From positions 37,386,001 to 37,450,000 of the forward strand of contig NC_083237.1 of the NCBI RefSeq assembly GCF_032191835.1: 64,000 nt of DNA, given 5' to 3'. Below are positions 12,905 through 24,990 of the stretch, piece by piece. The notes beneath the pieces are model-generated. The model was not told where the DNA came from and searched no databases. It worked only from the letters and a program-made list of their open reading frames with translations. Numbering within the stretch: position 1 is the stretch's first letter; each line of letters begins with the position of its first letter. The translations under genes and the position numbers were made by a program. This stretch comes from Heteronotia binoei (Eukaryota).

Positions 12905-14400
12905 AGATTAGGGGTGTCAAAAATGCAGCCTGAGAACCAGATCAGGCCTCTGGAAGGCTCCTATCAGGCCCACAAGCAACTCACTGTCATCTGCTTCCTT
13001 CTCATTCTCTTGCTTCCTTCTGCATCACAGCATGCTTTGTCAGGCTTGCTCAATCAAGCTACAGAAAAAAGCCTTTATTTTCTCCATTAGCTGGCCAGCA
13101 CATGAAGCAGTTCATGTACAAAAGCTCACAATGACCAGACATTTTATGTTTTTCCCTGGGTTTTAGGCTGAAAGCATTGACCATGAGATTTTTGTAATGA
13201 ATGTCAATAAATCAAAAAGTAGGTTTGCAACTTGCACACACACACTTGAACAGCATATTGAACAGCAGCACACACACTTGAACAGCATATTCCAGGAATT
13301 AGCTACAATGATCCATGCAATGGTCACTTCCAGTTTGGATTACTGTAACTCATTCTATGCAAGTTTGCCCGTGGAGCTGATCCAGAAACTCCAGCTGGTG
13401 CAAAATGTGGCAGCATGGCAGTTAACTGCATTGCCTTTCCAGGCAAGCATTCAGCCGGTGCTATGATAATTACACTGGCTACCAGTTAAGTACCAGATCT
13501 GCTTCAAGGTTTTAACATTTATAGCCTTATGCAGCCTGGGACTGACATACCTGTGGGAATGCCTCTCCTCATATATGCTATGGAGGTTGTTGTGATCTGC
13601 CACACAACACCTTCTGACCACCACTAGCCTGAAGGACATCTGACTTGCCTCAACCAGGGCTAGGGCTTTTTTGGTCCTGGTCCTGGCTTGGTGGAATCAG
13701 CTCCCCATGGAGATTCGGGCTCTATCTGAGTTATTACCATTTCCTAGGGCCTTCAAGACAGAACTATTCCACCAGGCCTTGGGTTGAGGCAGCGGGCATC
13801 CTATTCCATCTATTATTCTATCTGTTTGGCCTCCCTTGTTTTGACACCGTGCTGTGCTACTGTACTATCTTATCTATTATTACTATCATCATTCCATTCT
13901 TGGGCCGATAGTTGTTTTATTCTGTAAAATGTGCCCTTCCTGCCTATGATGTATTCTATTTTATTGTTTTTGGTTATGTTAATTTTATTGCATTGTTTTT
14001 AGTTTTAATCTGTAGGTTTTTATTGTCACTTAATTTATGTTGTGTGCAAGAATAAATAAACAAATCAAGACAGACAGAATCAAGATTGGTACAGCACAGA
14101 CATTTTCTCCAGAGCTTGATGAAATAATTGAGAGCAAGAGGTCTATTATCAGAAACTGTTAAGCAAACAAAATATTTCAAGAGTGCTAATTTTTAAAACA
14201 TGTTGTAAAATTTTAAGACATCTCTAATTGTGTATGAACACAATTACCTTAAAAAGTAATTTTAAAAAGTAACCTTTGTACCTTCAAAATTTTATATCTC
14301 TGTTACCTGGCATTACATTTTATGACACACATGGCCTGGCCCGACAAGTTGTCCTTTATGTCAGATACAGCCCTCATTGCAAATGAGTTCGACACTCCTG
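12905..14400. mobile_element. Non-autonomous hAT-like element with a nested degraded L2 fragment (about 13280-13950)
   Basis: Termini AGGGGTGTCAAA ... GAGTTCGACACTCCTG are approximate inverted repeats. The internal L2 C-terminal peptide reads SSLDYCNSFYASLP..LQLVQNVAA. Confidence 0.55.
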
Positions 14401-14971
14401 ATATAGATGATTAATAATGGCATTGGGACACAACTAGCCATTAAGATTTCATAAGTACTGGGTTTTGGAATTGTTGTAGTTTAGTTTGTGTTTTGTTGAC
14501 ACATCAGGGTAACTCATGTAGGTCATGTGATTATTTCATTGGGAGAACCCTTGGAGAAGTCAAGTAACACTTTTTTCCCCCAGCAGGGGATAAGGCAACA
14601 GCATCACTGGCAGGGTAAAGTCCCACTTCTATATTGTCCATGTCATGTAATAATTATTAAACAAAATGCCCAGATGCATGATGGTGGAATGACCAGCCTA
14701 TGAATGACAAATGAACGCTCTGAAAGTCCTGAAGATCTTGGTGTTCTGTAATCTAAGCTTTTTCATAGTGTTGCGCTTAAGATAGGAATTATAAATCACT
14801 TAATATTGTGAAAAGGCTTACATAAATTGTAATAATAATTAGAAGACCCATGTAGGAATGGAAGCAACAGTATATCTCAAAGGCTCCATTCGTACACTGT
14901 TGGACATGGTACTATCTTTGCGCTATAGCACTCATTCTCAACTGGTTGCCCTGTCCACTTAGAAAAATTCA

Positions 14972-15774
14972 GTTGCCCCCCCCCCCAAGTCGGAATAAAG
15001 AGACGGACACAATTAGACTGGTGAAACTATGGGCCACTTTATTAAATAACACAGCAACGGCAAGGGCAAACAAACTGCGGCCAGGTCAGGGCCAGGGGTG
15101 TCATCAGACCGCTCCCCTGCCTTTTCCAGCAGGTGAGAGACCCGGCCCCCCAGCCAGAGCTATGAGCCACAGCTCTCGTTAGGCAGGCCCAGCAGGGAGG
15201 CTCGCACCGGAGGGCCCAGACACCAAACGCGAGTCTCAGCGAAAGGCACCCATCCAATCGAGTCTCTAGGACAGTCTGCATTCACACACCTCAGGCCACA
15301 TCCAAAGGTTGATCCTGCCAGACCCCTAACTCCCCAAAAGGGGGAGGCTAACCGGTCCTCCCCAGGCCGCATGGTGCCATAAACCCCATAAAACCTGCCC
15401 TAAAAAGAGACCAAGCTATACAAAGGCACCAACCCGAGGCTATTTCCTCAATCCACTGATATGCTATGCAGGGTAGGCAAAAAATACCCCCCAGTCACCA
15501 GCCAAACAGCTGGGAGTAAAAAATTCCTACCCGGCCCCTCCACAAAAGAGGCGACCATCAATTTCCTACATAACAAACAGGGCGGGAGGGAGGGTCCGAG
15601 CACCAAGAGCGGACTGACGCGATGAGGAGTGGAGGCTTCGAGGCAAGCTCTGAAGCCCTGCCCCCACCAGACGCGCCTGAAAGCGTGCCGAAGTGTCCGC
15701 TTTCCCTCCGGGGGGGGGCAAAATCTCCCCTGCAGCCACGCCGTAATGCGGTGGGCTACAGGAGGCTCCGTTGC
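14972..15774 (-). mobile_element. Solo terminal unit of a second Ngaro (tyrosine-recombinase retrotransposon) family
   Basis: Segments resemble the B repeat (CGGAATAA..GGGCCACTTT(T)ATTAA..AACGGCAAGGGCA) and spacer (CAGGGTAGGCAAAAA..AAAATTCCTACCCGGCCCC) of the element at 17366-20514. Flanked by GTTGC at both ends. Confidence 0.7.
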
Positions 15775-18559
15775 AATTGATTGCTATGGGGCAACGATAG
15801 CAGGAGAAATAGACTTTGCTTTTGAAATCTAATTGTATTTAATGCATTCAAATACAACCAGCATGAACTAGTTATTTAAGTTTATGACAAGATAAACATA
15901 AAAATGTAGCTATGGAAAAAGACTTCCCCAGATGCTTGATTAGGGATGCTGGACTCTTGGGATCACTTTGCCAAGAGTGAACAGACTTCAAATGAATCTC
16001 TTTCCAGTGTTCAGATGATTCCCCAACCCCCTTCTACTTAAAACTTGTAATGAGAAATCAGTTGCATACATTATGGCAAGCTCCATTAGAAGATTCAATG
16101 GTTTAGATGAATTGAGGTATGAAGTAAAGCATCTAGTGGAAAAATTTAATCTGACATAGACATTATGTTTATTCTGTCTCAGTAAGTAATTTTAAAAACA
16201 AACAAACAAAAAAATTGTATCCCACCTTCCCCACCAAAGCAGGCAGTTCAGCATGTGATTGAAGTATTCCAGGAAAAGATTGTCAACCTTTTCTCTTCTT
16301 CTAATTTTCCTGTCTACTGCTGTATCTGATTTTTATCCATTTCTCTCTAATACTTAGTTTTGTAACAGAAAGAATGGCTTGTGTCCATCCACTACCATCG
16401 GAAGGCTGGAAGAAGGTTTCAAACCCAACTGAGTGGTGTGGTATCATACAATCTTCTGTTCTTTTATGGAGGAAAATTGATTAATGTACATTCCCACTTA
16501 TCTTCTGAAGGGATAATATCAGTTTTTAATCTTCTTTCCTTTCTTTGCAATTTTGGCCCCACATCATTCAGCAAAGTTTAATTATTTCCCTGGTATCAGA
16601 TTATCTGGTGGATGCAGGTGCCAAGATCCATGGAATAGCATTGTGAGTGGCAAAAGAAGAATCTCTCCTCTTGTTAACCAACAGCAGAAATTCTGACTGG
16701 ATCCAACCCAATTCTTTTCAAGCTGTCATAGAAGGTATTGCAGGTGGTCATCTAGTCATCCATTTTCCCATTAATCTGTACATGATATATGATAAAAACT
16801 GATCATATTCATTTGTAGCATGTTATGGACTTTGAATTTTACTCTTACATTGGCAATGTTGCCTTCTCGTGCTCCTGACTAAAGTCTGGCCAAATCCTAT
16901 CCCAATTTCAATCCTATCCTATCCCTATGTTTGTCATAAACTTTGATGATGTATCTGTATCTTATTCCTTTTCATCACCTTCATAAGCACAGGAAATGAT
17001 TAGCTTGGTGACAAAATGAATCATGACATTCCCCGAATCCCCACATACACTCTTTCTTGTGGCCTTGTCTGGAGATTCAGGCCCACAAGCTATATCTCTC
17101 TCTGCCTCTGAACAAATTGTGTGACTCTTCAAGACTACAGAAGCACACCACTGTGTATAGGGTCGAGTTCAATTTCTTTCAGTCTGGCACCCATGATTCC
17201 CTTTCCTCTTTTAATTCAGCACTGGATTATTAGGTTGATTGTGATTCTGATTAAATTAAAAGTTAGAGTTAAAAATATCTTGTGCTTTGTTTTAGAGGTA
17301 GCATGAAGATGGGCATAGAGAACAAAAATTCAAACCTTACCTCCACAACTGAGTTTCTGCTCCTGGAATTGCCCCCCCAGGCGGAATAACGAGGCAGACA
17401 ACAAGTTGGGTTAAAAGGGCCACTTTATTAACTTAACGGCAAGGGCAGAACACGGGGACAGGACAAGCCAGGGGTCATCCCGACCACCTCCTTGACCTGA
17501 AACTGGGCGAGCCCCTGAGCCCGGGTGTGAGCCAAGCAACCGGCTCAGACCCGGCCGGCCCGGCAACTAGATCACCGCTAACCGGAGCTCCGCCATCCCC
17601 ACAGGCAGCAGCCTGGGATGCGGACGCTCACCACGTGCCGGGATCCAACAGACTCCCTGGAGCCAACCTTGGGCCGTACAGCTTGCGGTTCCCCAGGAAG
17701 TCATGCACCAAATGGCGCGATGCTACGGGAGCTCACCGATCCCCAAAACATAATGCCAACCACAACTGCCAGTGACCAAACTATATAACGGCTCCGCCAT
17801 TCCAATTGCCAGCACCAAACATCAGCAGTCCAGGGTAGGCAAAAACACCCCCGGACAGGCCAATCATCCGAGGGCGAAAAATTCCTACCCGGCCCCCAAG
17901 AAACAGGCGACCGGCCTGTGCCTGGACTGCATGAAGGGCGGGCGGGCGGGCCGAGAGCGATTTCTTGCTGCGTGCTAGGGGGCGTGGGCAGCCTCTTAAG
18001 GCTGCCCATCGCCCCCACCCCTTGGGATAACCCATAGCCTCTGATCCGCGCGGGGAGGCAATGGGCGGCCCCCAGCCTCAGCAGTCTATGGACTGCTCGG
18101 CTGGGAAGGGGCCGAATTGCCCCCCCAGGCGGAATAACGAGGCAGACAACAAGTTGGGTTAAAAGGGCCACTTTATTAACTTAACGGCAAGGGCAGAACA
18201 CGGGGACAGGACAAGCCAGGGGTCATCCCGACCACCTCCTTGACCTGAAACTGGGCGAGCCCCCTGAGCCCCGGGTGTGAGCCAAGCAACCGGCTCAGAC
18301 CCGGCCGGCCCGGCAACTAGATCACCGCTAACCGGAGCTCCGCCATCCCCACAGGCAGCAGCCTGGGATGCGGACGCTCACCACGTGCCGGGATCCAACA
18401 GACTCCCTGGAGCCAACCTTGGGCCGTACAGCTTGCGGTTCCCCAGGAAGTCATGCACCAAATGGCGCGATGCTACGGGAGCTCACCGATCCCCAAAACA
18501 TAATGCCAACCACAACTGCCAAGGACAGCGCCAAGCCTCTGCTTAGGCCGCTGTACCCC

Positions 18560-19113
18560 CAAACATAAAAACCTAACCAGCCCTTGCCGCAAGTCGGTTA
18601 AGAACAACTCACTGCCCTTTTGCAATAAATGCACCCCCTCTTCACGATAGAATTGCGTACAGCTGGATAGAATCGAAATGGGGGACGTAATAGCAAGCCC
18701 TCCACACAGGGCCTTACGGCATGCAAGGTTGGCCTTTATTGTGGCGCGCTCCAAACCTACAGGTCCCCTGCAGTCCGCCTAACCCAGCGCGGCAGCATGG
18801 CTGACCACAGGATAAGGAGCCCTGCCGCCGTTACTTGATCAGAACCAAGTACTACTGGGACTGAGACCCAATCGTTCTCCCCCAGATGAATTACAAAAAT
18901 CTGCTTCGGGAGGGGGGGGGGAGCAACCCGCTCCCTAAACAACACGGCAGGAACGCAGGCCACCTCAAACATGGCAGCCTTGCATGTGATCACCGCTGTG
19001 TCGCTCAGGCCCAATTGTGAACAGGTCGGCATCCACCGGGCCTGGTGTGCCGCCCAAAGCACAACGCTATGGCCGAATAAGGATCCTCGTCCTCTCATCG
19101 CCAGCCACAGCAC
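18560..19113 (-). pseudogene. Ngaro SGNH/GDSL hydrolase-like ORF remnant
   Basis: GHSVVLWAAHQA..QLGL, FVIHLGEND, ILWSAMLPR and FYREEGVHL..GSELFL match the SGNH block pattern known from vertebrate Ngaro elements. Broken by stops and frameshifts. Confidence 0.75.
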
Positions 19114-19189
19114 CTAAAAGAGAAAACTATTAGAACTGGAAGCAGCAAATACCGGCACCAACAACGGTTCACTACGACTAGAAGAAAGA

Positions 19190-19350
19190 CAAAAACCTGC
19201 CGTAAGACCCAAAGGCCTAATATAAGCCCGGTAGGCCCCTAATTTCCGCACACAACCCGACGGATAACCTCTCCCCCAACCCAAGCGCTGCGGCTGAGGG
19301 AGCCCCTCGCCAGGCAGCACGCATACTACCAATGAGGGTAACATTCCAAC
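19190..19350 (-). pseudogene. Deletion junction: first about 25 codons of the RT ORF fused to the last about 30 codons of the tyrosine recombinase
   Basis: GPSPTHLRVLRRQLECYP (RT start) is followed by degenerate SAAALGL..IRRV..GAYRAYIRP (YR C-terminus with the catalytic Tyr motif). Confidence 0.65.
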
Positions 19351-19356
19351 TGCCGC

Positions 19357-20281
19357 CTAAGAACCCTCAGATGAGTGGGGCTGGGGCCCTTCTGGAGAGT
19401 GTTGCCCGGTCCCACCACCGGTCCCCTTTTTCGGCCCCCTCTGTTTTAATCTGGTGCATTCCGTGGAGGCGTGAGGGCCTGCGCAAATTGGGCACTCATG
19501 TCTATATTTACAGGCCTTTCTGGAGCAGGAACCTTGGGAGGTGAACTCCCAGCAAAGCAGCCGAGGCTGACCCGACTGCCCCCCGGCTGCATGAGCCGCA
19601 GAAAAGGTTGCACCTGTTGACTTTTGCACCAAATGCCCGCTGTTGGATCGCTCCCCAACATTCGGCTTTGCGGGCGCCATGAGCTGCAGCCAAAGCTGCT
19701 GGTTAATCTGATTCCACTGAAGGAAAGGATTAACTGCCGCACGCATGCGGAACTGCTCATCATACTGGAGCCACGCCCCTCCAGCAAAGTCATTATAGGC
19801 CCGATATATTATATCACAATACTGGAACATTGGGGCGGATCTCCATGGTTGGGCCCTAGCAATGACGCCCGCATAAATCAGAAAACCAGGGAGCCAGTTC
19901 GCCCATGTTCGATCAACTTTACGACGCTTGAGTTTTTCTTTATCCTTCTCGTCCAGCTCGTCCTTTGATTTTTTCTCAAGTTCTCTGTATAACAGGCTGA
20001 ATACATCCACGTATTCGCCTCTCAGAATTTTTTTCCCTGGTTGCTGCTGCGAGATGGTCACCCAGGGGCATGGCAGGATCCCCAAAGGGGACAGCATGGA
20101 AGTCCAAGGAACCGTAAGGGACTGGTGGGTGGGGTGGAAAACCCCAACTTGTACCATGCTGACCGTGCCAAGGTAAAGAAGCAGCTGCGGTTTGCAAGCA
20201 CGGCCTCGCCCGGGACTCCCTCCGCCCCGATGAAGCCGTCGACGCCTGCAGACAAACCACGCCGCTCTCCGACGACTCCAA
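19357..20281 (-). pseudogene. Ngaro gag-like ORF1 (one A-run frameshift near 20033, no in-frame ATG at the 5' end)
   Basis: PLGDHLAAATREK/KILRGEYVDVFSLL, W..YDEQFR and the C-terminal CWEF..QGSCSRKACKYRHECPICAGPH zinc-finger region. Confidence 0.8.
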
Positions 20282-23200
20282 AGTGCGCTAGGCAGCAACG
20301 GCTCGCTCTCAACGGCCCTCAGTCAGCCGGTAGGTGACTGAGCCAGCCGAGAGCGATTTCTTGCTGCGTGCTAGGGGGCGTGGGCAGCCTCTTAAGGCTG
20401 CCCATCGCCCCCACCCCTTGGGATAACCCATAGCCTCTGATCCGCGCGGGGAGGCAATGGGCGGCCCCCAGCCTCAGCAGTCTATGGACTGCTCGGCTGG
20501 GAAGGGGCCGAATTCTCGAACATTCAAGAACTACAGATCCTACATTTCTTTGGATTCCTGGCATTGTACTTGATAGCAGTGATGGCCAATCTTCTCATCA
20601 TCATGGCAGTGTCATTTGATTGTCACCTGCATACCCCCATGTACTTCTTCTTAATGAACTTGGCTGTCCTGGACATTGGCTCAATTTCAGTCTTGATCCC
20701 AAAATCTATGGCCAATTCCCTCATGGACAGCAGGACAATTTCTTATTCTGGATGTGTCGGCCAAGTTTTCCTTCTGTTCTTCTTTGTAGGGTCAGATTTT
20801 GCCCTCCTAACAGTGATGGCACATGATCGGTATGTTGCTATCTGCCATCCATTACAATATGAGAGAATTATGCACAAAGGAGCATGCATTAAGATGGTAG
20901 CTAGTGCATGGATCAGTGGTGTCCTTCATTCATCATTAAACACAGGAAGCACTTTTGCAATCACCTTCTGCTCCAATGTGGTCAATCAATTCTTCTGCGA
21001 AATCCCACAAGTACTCAAACTCTCCTGTTCTGACCTGTACCTTGTTGAAATTGGGGTTATTATGTTTACTTGTGGCATAGTGCTGGGATGTTTTATCTTC
21101 ATCATTCTAACTTATGTGAAGATTTTTGCAACAGTACTCAAAATCCCATCTGTGCAAGGTCAGAAGAAAGCCCTCTCCACTTGCATTCCCCACCTCACTG
21201 TGGTTTTTCTGCTTGTATTCAGTGGAATATTTTCGTATGGAAGCTCTGCTATTGATATTTCATCTGATCTGGATATAGTTTTTGCATTTTTTTATGCTAT
21301 ACTCCCTCCACTGTTCAATCCATTTATCTATACAATTAGAAACAAAGAGATCAAGACTGCCTTATTGAAGTTGTTCACTGTGGTGCATTATTCTAAAATC
21401 ATATCCTGAAAAATTGTTTTGTGACTATGTATTTGTATACTTTCCTGCAACTGAATGATTCACCATTACAATTTTTTAAGCCTTGGGTTTCTGAAGAATG
21501 CAGCACCAATCCCCAAATTGCTACAGGCATGGTAAGTTAATTTCACACAAAGACATGCCCATAATTATTTTTAATTGCATTTATTTATTTATTAAGAGTA
21601 TTGATATACCTTTTCTTTCTTCTGAGACAATCTGGATCCAAGGTGGGTAACCACAATAATGGACTTCACCAGATCATAAAAACAAGTAAGATAGACACCC
21701 TTTTAAGTTCCCCGTAAATTATTTTAAACAGTTTAACAGCTTTGTTGGCATACCCTAAGGATTGGTTTCTGCCTGACCTCTCTGGGATACTATTCAATGG
21801 AAAATGGCTTTGCCCGGGCCATTAAAAACATCATGTCTTTAGAGTAAAGCAACTGTTAGAAATTCCTGGATGAAGGACAATCTTGTCTTCTTTTACACAC
21901 TGGTTAACCCTTTCCCTGTTTTCTGGGCCCTCATATAAGGAATGAGGACTTCTTTGTTCTTTTCCAAACTGCTTCCTCTGTTTTATTTTTATTGATGGTT
22001 TTTATAGTGATGGTTTTCATATACATATACATACATACGCATATATTGCTCACAGACCATTTGGTCATAAGCAAATGACAATGAAATAGAAAATTCATCA
22101 ATAATCTAGATTTTACAAAATAAACATTTAGAATCAGCAAAGTGCACAACATAAAACATCATTTCCCATTTTCTTAAAATCCTCCTCTTGTCTCTTAAAT
22201 CTAAGCACTCCCAGAAGAAATTTTACAACTGAAACTGTGATGGTTAGATTAAAGCCACCAACCAAAAGCTGGAGCTTATTTGCCACAGGCAGATCAATAT
22301 CAGAAATCAATGGGTCAATAAACTGTTTTCTTAAGTAGTTATACCTTTGGCAAGAAAAAAAAAAAGCATGTTCTACAGTTTCAACAGAACTGGATCCAAA
22401 ACCTTTTGAAAATTATCTAAGTGAAAAAAATAAATGATAGAAATTTCTCAAATAAACCAGAACTACTAGGCCTTCCAAGTATGGTTTTTCAAATGTGCAT
22501 ATATTCAATATATATTTGATACCTCTGTTAACAATCTTATTTGCTTTGCTAGGACAATACCATATTGGTTTCAATATTTATTACTGTGCAGCATTGGAAT
22601 GAAATACAAATGTAGGACACATGTTTACATGAGTGAGATTTACTTAGGTTAGGTTATATCCCATTCTTCAAGGGATGAAACATACACAACTATGGATTCA
22701 TTTCACAACGTAATTGATTTTTTAATTGTTACAAACTTCAAACTGTGTAGAAATAAAATATAACTTTAATGGTGGCAAGTCTACTCATAAGCATCTAAAA
22801 AAGATTTCCAAATATCTAGAAATGTCCACATGCAATTGTCATGTATATGCTATACATTCAAATAATGTTAAGGTTGTAAGGTCCTCAATCCATTTAATTA
22901 TGAGTGATGTAATTTATCTCTCCAGTGCTGTAACGTAAGTCTTTTAGCAGCAGTAAGGACAAGGAGGATCCATTTTTGTTGACCATCCTCAAGAAGACAG
23001 GAAAATATTTTAAAAATATATAAGCATCCTCAAAGATCATTTGACAGTGAACTTAGTAATCAATTCCAAAAAAATACAAAGAAACTGGATATAGTGATTG
23101 GTGAGAGCTTTTATCAAAGAGAATATTCATACCCTCAAGCAGTCAAGACGATATAAAACATACTCCGAATACTAGAATGCCCACAATGAGATGCATGTAT

Positions 23201-23386
23201 TCCAAACATCCACATACATTTGTAAACTGTGCAATATGTATGAGAGAAAGATGGAGCTGATGAGGTAGAAAACAGAAGCTTCTATCTACTTAGTGTAAGA
23301 TTTCAGGTTAATGTTTAGAGTCTCACCTAGGGGTCATGCTGTCAAGCATCGATATTTCGAAATAATCAAGCTTTTGTTTTAAATCG

Positions 23387-24990
23387 TTAGATCCGGCCGA
23401 ATTGGCACACTATCGGCCGGTCTCATTAGATCCGGCCGAATTGGCACACTATCGGCTGGTCTTGAATTTGCCCTTTTTGGGCAAACTTATTGAGAATGCA
23501 GTGGCGTTGCAGCTACAGAGCTTCCTGGAGGATGCTTCTGTCCTTGACTCCTGCCAGTCTGGCTTCTGCCCGGGCCATGGGACGGAGACAGTGCTGGTCG
23601 CCCTGGTGGATGACCTTCAGCGGCATCTGGATCAAGGCGGCTCGGCGGTGCTGATGTTGTTAGACCTATCGGCAGTGTTCGATACAGTCGACCATCGGCT
23701 GCTGGCTTGCCGCCTTGCCGACACGGGGATTCAGGGGCTGGCCTTGCAATGGCTTTCCTCTTTCCTTGACGGTCAGGGACAAAGGGTGGCGATTGGGGAC
23801 GAACTGTCCCAGAGACACACGCTTGATTGCGGAGTGCCTCAAGGGGCGGTACTTTCCCCGATGTTATTTAACATCTATATGCGCCCCCTTGCCCAGATTG
23901 CCCAAAGGTATGGGCTGGGCTGTCACCAGTATGCTGATGACACCCAGCTCTATCTACTTATGGACGGCCGGCCTGCCTGCGCACCAGAAAATCTGGACTG
24001 GGCATTATAGGCAGTGGCTAGGTGGCTTAGGCTGAGCGGGCTGAGGCTGAATCCGGCGAAGACAGAGGTCCTTTGCTTGGGTCGTTGTGGCCCAGGAAGG
24101 GAAATCCCCCTGCCAGCTTTTGATGGTGCGCCGTTGATAGCGGCGCACAGGGTCAAAAGCCTGGGGGTACTATTGGAGCCTTCATTAACAATGGAGGCTC
24201 AGATAGCAGCCACTGCCAAGTCCGCATTCTTTCATCTTAGGCGGGTGAGGCAATTGGCCCCTTTCCTGGAGCACGACGACCTAGCTACGGTGATTCATGC
24301 CACGGTCACCTCTAGGCTGGACTACTGTAATGCCCTCTACATGGGGCTACCCTTGTGCCGGACCCGGAAACTGCAGTTAGTGCAGAATGCTGCTGCCCAG
24401 CTGCTACTAGGGCTTCCAAGATGGGAGCACATTCGGTCGGGGCTTCGGGATCTGCACTGGCTGCCAATAACATTCCGAGTCCGGTACAAGGTGTTGGTCA
24501 TTACCTTTAAAGCCCTATATGGCCTAGGACCTGCCTACCTTAGGGACCGTCTCTCCCCACACGTTCCCCAGAGAGTACTACGATCGGGTTCACAAAATCT
24601 CTTAGTAATCCCCGGGCCTAAGGAGGCCCGTCTGAAATCCACCAGGGACTGGGCCTTCTCGGTAATGGCGCCTTACTGGTGGAACCAGCTGCCGGAAGAG
24701 GTGAGGGCCCTGCAGGACCTAGGGCAGTTCCGCAGGGCCTGTAAGACAGCCCTCTTCCGGCAGGCCTATAACAACTAACTGACACTGAGAAATTTTAGAT
24801 GGAACTAAAATGCATTTGATAGACCACTGGTTTTTATGTTTTTATGTCTTATTAATTCATTGTTTTAATCTTCTTATATAAATGTTTTTAAGCTAAAATT
24901 ATGTAAGTTTATTATGTTGTAAGCCGCCCTGAGCCACTTCGGTGGGAAGGGCAGGATATAAGTCTAAATATAAATAAATAAATAAAAAAT
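23387..24990 (+). mobile_element. L2 LINE, 5'-truncated; RT plus C-terminal domain with one in-frame stop
   Basis: CGVPQGAVLSPMLFNIY, YADDTQLY, SRLDYCNALY and LHWLPI. The TAG at 24008-24010 is in frame with the next ORF. (TAAA)n tail. Confidence 0.93.

Larger units (their letters stand above)
17366..20514 (-). mobile_element. Non-autonomous Ngaro-type (DIRS group) retrotransposon with split direct repeats A1-internal-B1-A2-spacer-B2
   Basis: A1 20346-20514 equals A2 17950-18118 (169 bp). B1 18114-18521 matches B2 17366-17771 apart from extra Cs in C runs. Contains a gag with CCCH finger, a YR C-terminal remnant and an SGNH-hydrolase remnant. Confidence 0.92.
17303..21409 (+). pseudogene. Olfactory receptor (OR14-like) interrupted by a Ngaro element; the rejoined ORF is 320 aa with no other lesion
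   Basis: 17303-17370 encodes MKMGIENKNSNLTSTTEFLLLE(F). The frame resumes at 20510 (EFSNIQELQILHF...) and runs to a stop at 21409 with LHTPMYFFL, MAHDRYVAIC, KALSTCIPHL and PLFNPFIY. A splice acceptor TTTTAG precedes the start. Confidence 0.95.

Noticed and set aside
20029-20038. Programmed frameshift in Ngaro gag (GGGAAAAAAA)
   Set aside because: A single extra A in a homopolymer is more simply a mutation or sequencing error, as at 55866 in the OR pseudogene.
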